Notes: generated from the sequence alone by a model not told the origin. Numbered from the stretch's first letter, positions 1 through 8,864 are shown. The stretch is 49,323 nt of DNA from Patescibacteria group bacterium (GCA_038065125.1 JBBTRP010000038.1:1-49323), one strand, 5' to 3'. Translations and numbers: made by a program.

Positions 1-1833
1 ATCACGCTGGTCATCATGGATGACTGGAAGCTCTGGATCGGGGTGATGATTGGGCTTCTCTTTCTTTTGGGAATGCTCTTTCTCAAACTCCCAAAAAACC
101 AAAAAGTTCCCTGGCTGGTTGCCCCGTGCTTTATTGTCGTTCTCTCGCTCGCGCTCTCTATCATCCACTTGCCGCGCGTCCTCCCTCTGCCGCTTGCCGC
201 TCAGCCGACCTGGAAGACGAGCGTGAACCTTACCTGGGAAACACTGAAACGCGCACCACTCTTCGGTGCGGGTCCCGGCAACTTTCTGACCAGCTATACG
301 CAGTTTCGCCCGCAGGAAATCAACTACGAAAACTTCGCTCGTCTCTGGACAGTGCGCTTTGATCAATCCAGCGCGGCCGCTCTCACAAAAATTGCCGAAA
401 CGGGCCTGGTTGGATTTGTGGGTATGGCGGTTCTGTTCGGAATCGCAGGTTTTTCGACATTCCGGCTCCTCAAACGGAAGGAAGAAGTCGGCGAAGAATC
501 GCTTCCGCTTATTGGTGTTGCGGCAGCGCTCCTCTCGCTCGGATTTTTCTGCCTGACAAAACCGACAAACATGACGGTCGCACTCCTTTGGTGGGTGTTC
601 CTGGGAATACTCGCCTCGTTCACTACAAAGACAATTGTCACGGTTTCAGCGCAGAACAGTAACCGGTTTCTCATCCTCTCATCCGGCATTCTCTCCATCA
701 TCGTTGTTGCGGGACTGATCGGTGGCACATTCGCGTGGCAACGCTTCTCGGCAGACGTTGCCTACGGACAAGCTCTTGAAGACGATCGGCGCCTTTCCGG
801 CCTCATCTCCTCAAACCAACAGGTAGAACTTGCGGCAGTCGATGGACTCATAGAAAAACTCAACGCCGCACGAGTCAAAGACCCTCTCAACGACACGTAC
901 CTTCGTACGTTGAGTCAGGCGATTCTCTTTAAGATCCAGATGCTGGTGAATTCATCTGATCAGTCGCAGGTTCAAACGATTCAGTCGCTCACCTCGAGTG
1001 CAATCGACATCGCAAAGCAGGCGGTCGCCCTGAATGGACGCGACGTGCGAAATATTGAAAATCTTGCCGGAGCGTACCGCGCAATCACTCCATTTACCAA
1101 CGGCGCGGAGCTCTTTGCGGAAGAAAGTTTTATCAAAGCAAGCCAACTCGACCCGCAGAATCCTTCCTTGAAAGTCGACCTTGCAAAAATGTACCTTGAC
1201 GTTGCGGGAGTTGCCTTGCGTCGAGCGGAAGTTGAGAAGGGAGATGCGGAAAAGCAGGCAAAGAAAGCTGTGGCGATCCAAGCAATCGACAAAGCGGAGA
1301 AAGCGCTCTCCGAAGCGCTCACTCTCAAAACCGACTACGCACAGGCGCACTACTTCCTCGGGCTCATCAAGGGTCAGCAGAACAAAAAAGAAGAGTCTCT
1401 TGCAAGTCTTTCTCGGGCGCTTGAGATAAACGCTTCTCTCGCGTCGGTCCAAGCGGTGGACCAGCAGCTCTTTGGACTTATCGCTGCGGCGTATGTGAGT
1501 ATAAATGAAAAAGAACGCGCACTGGAAGCCGTACGGCTCTCCCTCAATCTCAATCCTGATGACACGCAGTCACTCTGGCTCTATGGAAACCTTCTTGCCG
1601 ACCTCGGGAAAAAAGAGTCTGCGCTGGAAGTGATGAACAAACTTCTCTCACTGCAGCCCCAGAGCACTCAGGTACAAGATCGCATCAAAGAAATCCGCGG
1701 AGAAAAGCCGACCACAAAGACTGGGAGCGAAAAACAAAAATCAGAGACAGAAAGCACGTCTACTCCATCAGTTGAATCATCGGAAGAAACTCAAAAAACC
1801 AACGAGTCCACAGCGACTCCGGCAGAGGAATAG
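1..1833 (+). CDS. O-antigen-ligase-like membrane protein tail fused to TPR repeats (5' partial; frame is open to the window edge)
   Basis: Track ORF 16..1833 has no in-frame stop back to nt 1. It has several hydrophobic helices and a GAGPGNF motif typical of Wzy_C-type proteins, then TPR-like repeats (AQAHYFLGLIKG, LEAVRLSLNLNPDD) and an S/T/E-rich tail. Confidence 0.6.
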   Translation: MTLVIMDDWKLWIGVMIGLLFLLGMLFLKLPKNQKVPWLVAPCFIVVLSLALSIIHLPRVLPLPLAAQPTWKTSVNLTWETLKRAPLFGAGPGNFLTSYTQFRPQEINYENFARLWTVRFDQSSAAALTKIAETGLVGFVGMAVLFGIAGFSTFRLLKRKEEVGEESLPLIGVAAALLSLGFFCLTKPTNMTVALLWWVFLGILASFTTKTIVTVSAQNSNRFLILSSGILSIIVVAGLIGGTFAWQRFSADVAYGQALEDDRRLSGLISSNQQVELAAVDGLIEKLNAARVKDPLNDTYLRTLSQAILFKIQMLVNSSDQSQVQTIQSLTSSAIDIAKQAVALNGRDVRNIENLAGAYRAITPFTNGAELFAEESFIKASQLDPQNPSLKVDLAKMYLDVAGVALRRAEVEKGDAEKQAKKAVAIQAIDKAEKALSEALTLKTDYAQAHYFLGLIKGQQNKKEESLASLSRALEINASLASVQAVDQQLFGLIAAAYVSINEKERALEAVRLSLNLNPDDTQSLWLYGNLLADLGKKESALEVMNKLLSLQPQSTQVQDRIKEIRGEKPTTKTGSEKQKSETESTSTPSVESSEETQKTNESTATPAEE

Positions 1834-1851
1834 AAATACACTCGTTTCATA

Positions 1852-1887
1852 ATGAAAAAATCCATGATCGTTCATGGATTTTTTCAT
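1852..1887. terminator. Bidirectional stem-loop between the TPR gene and the tRNA-Trp trailer
   Basis: ATGAAAAAATCCATGA tcgt TCATGGATTTTTTCAT is a perfect 16-bp stem with A/T runs on both sides. Confidence 0.6.
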
Positions 1888-2095
1888 TCGGGGGGTAGAG
1901 GAATTCCGCTCTCCCGACGTCCACTGGACGTCAGTCGTTTGTACTGGGTGTACTCGGAGTGCCGCCGGCACTCCTCGCTCGCTCCTTGGATGCCTGTGGT
2001 CTTCGTCCTCGGCATCCGTTCGCTCACACCCGTTCGATTCCTCTCTCATTACATGAGAACAGAAAACCCTACTTCGTAGGGTCCTCTGTTCTCAT
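1884..2095 (-). repeat. tRNA-trailer structured element, copy A (behind tRNA-Trp)
   Basis: There is a 21-nt direct repeat of the tRNA 3' end (1884-1904 = 2092-2112). 2032-2044 is the exact reverse complement of the T-arm at 2105-2117. The core at 1946-1987 is nearly identical to 7238-7281 and 16358-16402. It also has a palindrome at 1916-1932 and a long hairpin at 2053-2095. Confidence 0.75.
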
Positions 2096-2096
2096 T

Positions 2097-2167
2097 CGGG
2101 GGGTAGAGGAATCGAACCTCTCCTAGCGGTTTTGGAGACCGCCGTTCTACCGATAAACTAACCCCCC
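2097..2167 (-). tRNA. trnW: tRNA-Trp (anticodon CCA), CCA end not encoded
   Basis: Hand-folded cloverleaf: acceptor GGGGGGT/ACCCCCC, anticodon stem GCGGT/ACCGC with loop CTCCAAA, T-arm AGAGG-TTCGATT-CCTCT, discriminator G. Confidence 0.9.
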
Positions 2168-2177
2168 AAGAAAAAAA

Positions 2178-2210
2178 GGTTATAGGTTATAGGTTATAGG
2201 TTATAGGTTA
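2178..2210. repeat. Tandem heptamer (GGTTATA) x4 plus a partial unit
   Basis: Direct reading. The last partial unit contains the folD stop codon. On the minus strand it reads (TATAACC)n just upstream of tRNA-Trp. Confidence 0.8.
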
Positions 2211-3047
2211 AGCAGTCAACGAGGCTTTTGCAGCTCTCACGACGTTGTCCAAGAGGCATGCGACTGTCACGGGGCCGACGCCGCCGGGGACGGGGGTGAT
2301 CGCGCGAACTTTGTGCGCAACCGATTCGAAGTCTACATCGCCGACAATTCCGGCGTCTGTTTTGCTTACGCCGACGTCGATAACGATTGCGCCCTCACCG
2401 ACCATGTCTGTCGTAATCAAACGGGGTTTCCCGACGACAGAGATAATAATTTCCGCAGTGCGCAGATCATCTGATTTCAAATGCTCCGCTTCTTTGATCT
2501 GCGTCACGTTCGCTCCATTATTTACGCAGTGCCAAGCTATCTGCGAAGCAAACAGCCCGCCCCCGACGACCACTACAGCGCGTCCTTCAAGGGTCGTGCC
2601 CGCTGTCTCGATAAGGAGTTTCACCGACTCAGCAACTGGCGGGCGGACTTCACGACTTCCGTTTTTTAGACGCTCGAATGACAGCGGATTAAGGCAGTCA
2701 ACATCTTTGGCCGGGGCGATTCTTGCCCGCGCCGAATCCAGATCAAGGGTTCGAGGAATCGGAATCTGCACAATGATCCCGTGAATGGTTGGATCGGCAT
2801 TGAGTGCCTCAACGACTGACGAGAGCTCCTCATTTGTCGTATGTGTGTTGAGTCGTGAAACGTCGCACCTCATGCCCAACGCACGCGCCTCCCGCTCTTT
2901 GATGGATACATATAAAACCGATGCGGGATCCTCCCCGACCAGCACAATACCAAGACCCGGAGTCATTCCGCGCGTACGAAGGACCGAAACCTCATCTCGC
3001 AAACGCGCAATAATCCCATCTGCAATTTTTTTTCCATCAATAATCAT
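2208..3047 (-). CDS. folD: Bifunctional methylenetetrahydrofolate dehydrogenase/cyclohydrolase
   Basis: IIDGKKIA...GLGIVLVGEDPASVLYV...VVVVGGG matches the FolD family layout. The ATG at 3047 forms an ATGA overlap with the polA stop; the track start at 3068 is the alternative. Confidence 0.9.
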   Translation of the reverse strand: MIIDGKKIADGIIARLRDEVSVLRTRGMTPGLGIVLVGEDPASVLYVSIKEREARALGMRCDVSRLNTHTTNEELSSVVEALNADPTIHGIIVQIPIPRTLDLDSARARIAPAKDVDCLNPLSFERLKNGSREVRPPVAESVKLLIETAGTTLEGRAVVVVGGGLFASQIAWHCVNNGANVTQIKEAEHLKSDDLRTAEIIISVVGKPRLITTDMVGEGAIVIDVGVSKTDAGIVGDVDFESVAHKVRAITPVPGGVGPVTVACLLDNVVRAAKASLTA

Positions 3048-5761
3048 ATCAATTTCATCTCTCCCCAATTCTGCCCCGTTTTCATATCAACAAGAACCGG
3101 AACAGAGAAGGCGACCACCCCTTCCATTGTTTTTTTGATGAGCGGCGCACACTCGGTGAGTGAGTCCGGCGTCGCCTCAAACAACAACTCGTCGTGCACC
3201 TGGAGAATCATCCGAATTGGGGGATCGGTCGGATACCGTTCGTGAAGAGTCTCGTGCACGGCGATCATAGCGAGTTTCATAATGTCTGCTTCCGCACCTT
3301 GGATGGGCATATTCACCGCAGCACGTTCGGTCGCGTTTCTCACCTGGGCGACCCCTGACTGCAGTTCGGGCACATACCGCCGTCTTCCAAACAGCGTCTC
3401 AACATATCCGGTTTTCCGTGCGGTTATGATGATACCATCGAGGAATTCACGCACTTTTGGATATGCGGCAAAATACCCCTCGATAAAACTCTGTGCCTCT
3501 GTAAAGGATATGCCCGCACTTGCCGAGAGTCCCTGCGGACCCATGCCGTAGAGAATACCAAAATTGACTTCCTTTGCAGCGCGGCGCATTTGCGGGGTCA
3601 CGTCGATGAGCGGCACGCCGTTTACTTCAGCCGCGGTTGCCGCGTGAATATCGACATCGTCCCGAAACGCGGCGATGAGCTTCTCGTCGCCTGAGAGATG
3701 GGCAACGATGCGCAGCTGAACTTGAGAGTAGTCGACAGACAGAAGCGTTTTTCCCGGTGCCGCCACAAACGCCCGGCGAATCTCGCGTCCCAGCTCTTGC
3801 CGGATCGGAATGTTCTGTAAGTTTGGGTTGGAGGATGAGAGCCGTCCGGTTGCAGCGACAGTCTGATTAAACGTCGTGTGAACGCGCCCGGTTTCGGGAT
3901 TGATGAGATTGGGCAGAACGTCCACATACGTATTGGAGAGCTTGCTCAGCTCCCGATACTCGATGATGCTCCCAATGATCGGGTGAAGACTCTTCATCTT
4001 TTCAAGTTCCGGGGCGGCGGTCGAAAATCCGCTTTTTCCTTTTCGAATGCGCGCGGTTGAGAGGTTTAACTTTTCAAAAAGAATTTTCTTGAGCTGCAAC
4101 GGAGAATTGATATTGAAATCTTGCCCGGCAAGCGCGTGGATGCTCTGGGTGATCTCTGCAAGACGCGCATCTATCCGCGTAGCAAGCTCTGCAAGATACC
4201 CTGTGTCAAGAAGGATTCCCGCCTCTTCCATCTCCATCAGCGGTTCGAGAAGGGGGAGTTCGAGCGTGTCGTGTACCTTCAAAAGTTCGGTGTCCTCGAG
4301 TTGCTTTTTTAGGACAGTGTACAGTCGCAGGGTGAAATCAGCATCTTCGCACGCGTAGGGGGCGATCTTTTCCAGGGGCACGTCGGCCATGGAGATCTCT
4401 GCTGTGCCCTTGCCGATGAGCGCGGAGATCGGAATTTTCTGATACCCGAATTCAGAAAACGAGAGCGCGTCAAGACTGTACTCGCGAACACCGGCATTGA
4501 GAACGTAGGCCGCAAGCATGGTATCAAAATGAATGCCTTTCGGGTGAACCCCCGCGCGGTGGAACACCTCCAGATCGTACTTGATGTTGTGGCCGACTTT
4601 TTTTATCTGTTCATTTTCCAAAAACGCCGTGAGTTCTTTTTTCCATTTATTTCCCGGCGTACTCCAGGGCATATAGACGGCCGTGCCCTCGTGTGAAGAA
4701 ATGCTCACGCCCACGAGGTCTGCCTGGATCGCGGTGGTGCTGGTTGTCTCCGTGTCGATACTGACCAGCTCATCGTCCGCATGTGTCGACAAAAAGTCCA
4801 GAATATCTTGCTCCCGAGAAAGGCAGTGGTAGCGATCGTTTTGAACGTCCTGCAGCGACGAGTCGTCCTTATCAAATCCCGGGAGTCCCGACAGGCGTGG
4901 AATGAGCGACTTGAACTCAAGCTCATGGAAAAGTGTGACGGTTTTTTTTGAATCGTATGAGCCGAGTTTGCACGCTCCAAGCGAAAAATCGAATTCCACA
5001 TCATGAACCATCGCAACAAGCATGCGGCTTTGACGGACCTGCGTCTCCTGGGGTAGGAGCTTGTCGATGGTTGCGTTTGTGAGGGAGTCATTCACGCCCT
5101 CTTTGATCGCTTGAAAAAGCCTGTCGATCGTCCCGTATTCTTTGATCAATGTGATTGCGGTCTTCTCGCCTATGCCGCGCGCCCCGGGAATGTTGTCCGA
5201 CGTGTCCCCGCGGAGCGCTTTATATTCAGTCAATTGTTGAGGTTCCAAACCGTCAAATCGCTCTCGCACCTGTGCTTCGTCATAGAGCACCGTGTCCATA
5301 AGGCCGCGCTTGGACGCATACACTTTTGTGGTGGCGTCAACGAGGGCGAGCGCATCCATGTCGCCGGTGACAATAATTTTTTCCATCGAGTCTCCGACGC
5401 GACTGCAGATAGTTGCGATTAAATCGTCTGCTTCAAATCCGTCCTTCTCGCATCGGACAACTCCCAGCGCGTCGAGAACCTCCTTGATGCGGTCAAGCTG
5501 CTGATACAGTTCATCCGGCTGCTTCTTGCGTTGTGCTTTGTATTCCGCAAACGCCTCATGGCGAAATGTCGGGGCGCGGCGATCGAACGCAACGATGCAG
5601 TGCGTTGGTGAAAGATCCTTGACGGCTTTCAAGAAAATCGTGATAAAACCGTAGACCGCATTGACGATCTCACCCTTCGCGGTCGTGAGCGGCGGAAGCG
5701 CGTGCCACGCGCGGTGGAGCACGGCATTCCCGTCAATAATCATGAGGCGTTCTTTGTGCAT
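3044..5761 (-). CDS. polA: DNA polymerase I (5'-3' exonuclease, 3'-5' exonuclease-like and polymerase domains)
   Basis: LMIIDGNAVLHRAWHA marks the 5' nuclease N-terminus. The polymerase motifs DYSQVQLRIVAHLS, RRAAKEVNFGILYG and QVHDELLFE are present. The first ATG is at 5761; the track start at 5788 is a TTG. Confidence 0.95.
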   Translation of the reverse strand: MHKERLMIIDGNAVLHRAWHALPPLTTAKGEIVNAVYGFITIFLKAVKDLSPTHCIVAFDRRAPTFRHEAFAEYKAQRKKQPDELYQQLDRIKEVLDALGVVRCEKDGFEADDLIATICSRVGDSMEKIIVTGDMDALALVDATTKVYASKRGLMDTVLYDEAQVRERFDGLEPQQLTEYKALRGDTSDNIPGARGIGEKTAITLIKEYGTIDRLFQAIKEGVNDSLTNATIDKLLPQETQVRQSRMLVAMVHDVEFDFSLGACKLGSYDSKKTVTLFHELEFKSLIPRLSGLPGFDKDDSSLQDVQNDRYHCLSREQDILDFLSTHADDELVSIDTETTSTTAIQADLVGVSISSHEGTAVYMPWSTPGNKWKKELTAFLENEQIKKVGHNIKYDLEVFHRAGVHPKGIHFDTMLAAYVLNAGVREYSLDALSFSEFGYQKIPISALIGKGTAEISMADVPLEKIAPYACEDADFTLRLYTVLKKQLEDTELLKVHDTLELPLLEPLMEMEEAGILLDTGYLAELATRIDARLAEITQSIHALAGQDFNINSPLQLKKILFEKLNLSTARIRKGKSGFSTAAPELEKMKSLHPIIGSIIEYRELSKLSNTYVDVLPNLINPETGRVHTTFNQTVAATGRLSSSNPNLQNIPIRQELGREIRRAFVAAPGKTLLSVDYSQVQLRIVAHLSGDEKLIAAFRDDVDIHAATAAEVNGVPLIDVTPQMRRAAKEVNFGILYGMGPQGLSASAGISFTEAQSFIEGYFAAYPKVREFLDGIIITARKTGYVETLFGRRRYVPELQSGVAQVRNATERAAVNMPIQGAEADIMKLAMIAVHETLHERYPTDPPIRMILQVHDELLFEATPDSLTECAPLIKKTMEGVVAFSVPVLVDMKTGQNWGEMKLI

Positions 5762-5884
5762 TGCAATATCCCAAATCCCACTCTCCAAATATCAAATAAA
5801 TTTTAAGCTCCAAATTCGAATCCTCGAAATAAATCGGGGTTATTTTGTTTTTTTAATTTGGAATTTTTCTGGTGCTTAGGCTAT

Positions 5885-5959
5885 TGGAGGCCTGGGCGGG
5901 AATCGAACCCGCGCATCGAGGTTTTGCAGACCCCAGCGTTTCCACTTCGCCACCAGGCC
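5885..5959 (-). tRNA. trnC: tRNA-Cys (GCA) with encoded CCA
   Basis: Acceptor GGCCTGG/CCAGGCC, anticodon loop CTGCAAA, T-arm GCGGG-TTCGATT-CCCGC, then TCCA. Confidence 0.9.
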
Positions 5960-6056
5960 GAAAGTAACTATCCTATTTCTTAGGCACATTTCAGTGTATC
6001 AAAAACATCCAAAAGAGAAAGGTCGGCAACTATTGGCGCGTGGATGCGCGCCGATC

Positions 6057-6665
6057 TCACTTCGTGGCCAGTTGGTCGACGACGACCTCAAGGGTCGTGC
6101 GCTTCACGCCGAATTGCTTTGCGGCTGTGCGCGTCTTCATCCAGAGGTCGATTCGACCATTCCCATAGCGTGCGTTCATGCGATCTTGGACGATAAATAC
6201 GCGGTCGCCATACAACTCAGGAAGTCTCACGCGGGTGCCGAATGCCAAATAATTTGCCGCGATCACGTTTTCGCGGTTATGAGTACACACGTTAAATCCG
6301 TTTGCGGTGGTGCAGGGGTCGCTGTCTGTTTGATCAGGGGTGCTGGAATAGGCGGTTGCAACGACCGAGTGGGGGCCTCTCTGGGAGTACGTTTGACGTG
6401 GGCGAGCAACAAATTGTGTTGTGGGGCCTGTAATATGTCGTTTGACCGCGGCAGTCCCCTCGCGTTCGCGCTCAGAGAGTCGGTCGTATGAAACGTCAAT
6501 ATCGCTCTCGCCTTCAATGAGCTCTAAGATTTCGGGAGGGACAAAAGGGATCGAAAAACTCTCGTCTGCAAAAACTCCTGTGGGATTTCCCAGGAGTAGG
6601 CTCGCTGTCATAATAAGTGCCCCAACAAAATGGGGGAGTGAATGGTTTGGTTCTAAAGGGTCCAC
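6057..6665 (-). CDS. Secreted 3D-domain (MltA/RlpA-like barrel) protein
   Basis: N-terminal hydrophobic segment. The C-terminal ATAYSS..DQTDSDPCTTANG..VIAANYLAFGTRVRLPELYGDRVFIVQDRMNARY..IDLWM resembles 3D-domain proteins. Confidence 0.6.
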   Translation of the reverse strand: MDPLEPNHSLPHFVGALIMTASLLLGNPTGVFADESFSIPFVPPEILELIEGESDIDVSYDRLSEREREGTAAVKRHITGPTTQFVARPRQTYSQRGPHSVVATAYSSTPDQTDSDPCTTANGFNVCTHNRENVIAANYLAFGTRVRLPELYGDRVFIVQDRMNARYGNGRIDLWMKTRTAAKQFGVKRTTLEVVVDQLATK

Positions 6666-6730
6666 GGTGGTCAGGATTTCCCCTCTTTCGGAGCGGCATG
6701 GATGCCCGAAATCGTATTATTCCTTATGAT

Positions 6731-6759
6731 TAAAATAAAAAACCCTTTTTTCAGGGTCA
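6731..6759 (-). terminator. Rho-independent terminator after ORF 6829-7161
   Basis: On the minus strand it reads GACCCTGAAAAAAAGGGT followed by TTTTTATTTT. Confidence 0.5.
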
Positions 6760-6828
6760 CATTAGTATAGCACAAAACGCCCAAATCGTCAAGGGGCTGA
6801 TGGGTTTTCTGGTAGTGGGGTTGGAGAG

Positions 6829-7161
6829 CTACGACCGATACTCATCTGGCAAGGCCTCGCTGCCAAACAGCTCAACAAACTGTTCTTTTATATCGTAATA
6901 GTGCCTTCGAGCCTGTGCTACCTCGTCTTTTGAAAGTGTTCTCTCTTCGTTTGCCATATCCGCTCGACGGTAGCCCATCAATTCAAGCATGCGATCTTTA
7001 TCGCTCGCTAAGAACTGCGGTTGTCCGCTCGCCTCTTCCTTAAACTCACTGCTTTCGACAACTCGATCGACCCTATCGTCAAAATGCTTTTGAAGTCTGT
7101 CCGGCGGAAGATTTGAGAGCTCGTCACGATAGTGATCTCTGGAGTCTGGGGTTCCTTTCAT
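6829..7161 (-). CDS. Hypothetical small acidic protein
   Basis: Track ORF 6829..7263 is trimmed to the first ATG (MKGTPDS) that does not overlap trailer element B. No recognisable family. Confidence 0.4.
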   Translation of the reverse strand: MKGTPDSRDHYRDELSNLPPDRLQKHFDDRVDRVVESSEFKEEASGQPQFLASDKDRMLELMGYRRADMANEERTLSKDEVAQARRHYYDIKEQFVELFGSEALPDEYRS

Positions 7162-7180
7162 ACGGTTGAGATTATTTTGG

Positions 7181-7421
7181 AGCGGGTAGCGGGAATTCCG
7201 TAGTCGCATCAGCCACTGGCTGATACTCCTGTGTCCTGGGTGTACTCGGAGCGCCACCGGCACTCCTCGCTCGCTCCTTTGACTCCTGCGGCATTCTGCC
7301 TCGGAGTCAGTTCGTCAGGCAGAGCCTGATCCGGCTTCGCCGGACTTACACCCGTCCGATTCCCGAATACTATCTTTTTGAACAAAACTACCCATCCTTT
7401 CGGATGGACACTTTTGTTCAA
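7181..7421 (-). repeat. tRNA-trailer structured element, copy B (behind tRNA-Gly)
   Basis: 16-nt direct repeat 7181-7196 = 7422-7437. 7354-7365 is the exact reverse complement of the T-arm at 7431-7442. It has the core at 7238-7281, a palindrome at 7208-7224 and a long hairpin at 7377-7421. Confidence 0.75.
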
Positions 7422-7493
7422 AGCGGGTAGCGGGAATCGGACCCGCCTCTGCTGCTTGGAAGGCAGCCATAATAACCACTATACGATACCCGC
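7422..7493 (-). tRNA. trnG: tRNA-Gly (UCC), CCA not encoded
   Basis: Acceptor GCGGGTA/TACCCGC, anticodon stem GCTGC/GCAGC with loop CTTCCAA, T-arm GCGGG-TCCGATT-CCCGC. Confidence 0.9.
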
Positions 7494-7494
7494 G

Positions 7495-8028
7495 TTACTT
7501 TTTTTCGTGATGGTCGATGCTGCGATAGGCGGTGATGAACTCCCGAATTTTTGCCTCGTCGAATGATTCGAGTGTAAGTAGTTTCGTCCATGCGGTCAAG
7601 ACGATTGGGGAGGGAAGTTCGGGCTTGATGTAGGGATGCAGTAAAATTTGGTCGTCATAGGTTCCCATGAGACCTTTTAATTTTTCAATATCTTTACTCG
7701 CAATTCTAACGGGATCGTAGTTTATGATAATCCCTCCGTCCTCCATGTTGTGTACGATGAGTTCGTCCGGAACCTGCACCTCAGCAATTCCCCAGGGCGC
7801 TATGCGTGGCAGGTGGGGGCCGGATGTTGGGGGAACGGAGTTGTACGGCTTGTGCGGCGTCGTGATCTCGCGGACGTGCTCATTTCCGAGATCCTCAAAC
7901 ACCGTGCCCGGCCGCGGTTTTGCTTTTTGCTTGGAGATATAGAGAACCGCTCCTGCAATAAGTACAAGGATGATACTCCCTGCAAGAACCGTGAGAATAC
8001 CCCGAATGAGGATGAACTTACGCGCCAT
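7495..8028 (-). CDS. Membrane-anchored DUF3105-like protein
   Basis: N-terminal TM helix. The block YNSVPPTSGPH...WGI...LIVHNMEDGGIIINYDP is characteristic of DUF3105. The start was moved to MARKF so it does not overlap the upstream gene. Confidence 0.65.
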   Translation of the reverse strand: MARKFILIRGILTVLAGSIILVLIAGAVLYISKQKAKPRPGTVFEDLGNEHVREITTPHKPYNSVPPTSGPHLPRIAPWGIAEVQVPDELIVHNMEDGGIIINYDPVRIASKDIEKLKGLMGTYDDQILLHPYIKPELPSPIVLTAWTKLLTLESFDEAKIREFITAYRSIDHHEKK

Positions 8029-8030
8029 AG

Positions 8031-8864
8031 TTACTGTTGGGCGGAGTGCTTTTTGTACTCCTCGAGGCACTGCCTGATCGCCTCACCCGCGGGCCGCAGA
8101 TGTACGCCCGCGCTCTGAAGTTTTGACGTGTCCAGAACGCAATTCGATCGTCCGGTTTTTGTGAGTCCCGCTGACTGAAGATTCTCTGCGGGAATGATGG
8201 TATACGCATGACTCGGATCAACAATCTCAGTATACCACCGCATGATATCCAGGTGGCGTACCGGGTCGGGATTGGTCATATTAAAAATCCCGGTTGCTCC
8301 TTTCATCATCAGCTGCGCGGTGCCCGTGAGGAGATCGGCAACGACCGTGACGGAGTTGATGGCATCAATCACGTGCGAATATCCTGCAAGCTTCGTGATG
8401 AGATTGCGCTGGTTGGGTTCGGTGTCGATCGGCATGCGCAGCCGTAAAATGAGAGCGGGAAATCGTTTGAGAATCTCGTCGGCTTCCGCCTTTGTCCACG
8501 AATAAAAGCTGACCGGGTTGGGGGAGTCTTCTTCGGTGAATCCGTTCGGTCCCGGTGCGGCCCCGTCAAAGATACATCCGCTTGAGAGATGGGTGAGGTG
8601 AATACCGCGATCCAGACATGCGCGCAGAAGAACGAGCGGACCGGTAATGTTACTGGAGACGGTCTCAAGTTTGTGATCCTCGCACCAGTCGATGTTAGGC
8701 CGTCCAGTCTTGCCGGCAGTGTTGAGAATATGGGTTGGCTTAACACGCTCAAGCTCCGCTTCAACCGCCGACCGATCGGCAATATCAACACGAGACACCT
8801 CCGACGAGAGATGACCCCCGAACTGCGTTCCCAGCCATCCTGCCCCAAAAATTAGCGTTTTCAT
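8031..8864 (-). CDS. dTDP/UDP-4-dehydrorhamnose reductase family protein (NRS/ER-like)
   Basis: GAGWLG Rossmann motif. KPTHILNTAGKTGRPNIDWCEDHKLETVSSNITG closely resembles the NRS/ER and RmlD family signature as I recall it. Confidence 0.75.
   Translation of the reverse strand: MKTLIFGAGWLGTQFGGHLSSEVSRVDIADRSAVEAELERVKPTHILNTAGKTGRPNIDWCEDHKLETVSSNITGPLVLLRACLDRGIHLTHLSSGCIFDGAAPGPNGFTEEDSPNPVSFYSWTKAEADEILKRFPALILRLRMPIDTEPNQRNLITKLAGYSHVIDAINSVTVVADLLTGTAQLMMKGATGIFNMTNPDPVRHLDIMRWYTEIVDPSHAYTIIPAENLQSAGLTKTGRSNCVLDTSKLQSAGVHLRPAGEAIRQCLEEYKKHSAQQ

Noticed and set aside
1901-2047. Possible identity of the trailer core as an HDV-like ribozyme (CUCCUCGCU string), a T-box (GGGUGUAC similar to GGGUGGUACC) or a retroelement primer-binding site complementary to the tRNA 3' end
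   Set aside because: - HDV-like: the required P1/P3/P1.1 pairings cannot be drawn.
- T-box: the T-box-like string is on the strand opposite to the G-U-supported structure and has no downstream gene.
- Primer-binding site: the complementarity lacks the CCA complement and there is no reverse transcriptase nearby.
1852-2079. Small ORFs crossing the trailer elements (1852-2079, 1874-2056, 7209-7421, 16275-16478, 16292-16486) that share peptide strings such as HWTS..C.GCTR
   Set aside because: The shared peptides are only the translated conserved RNA/DNA core. Frames and strands differ between copies. The sequence conservation pattern is stem covariation, not codon-like.
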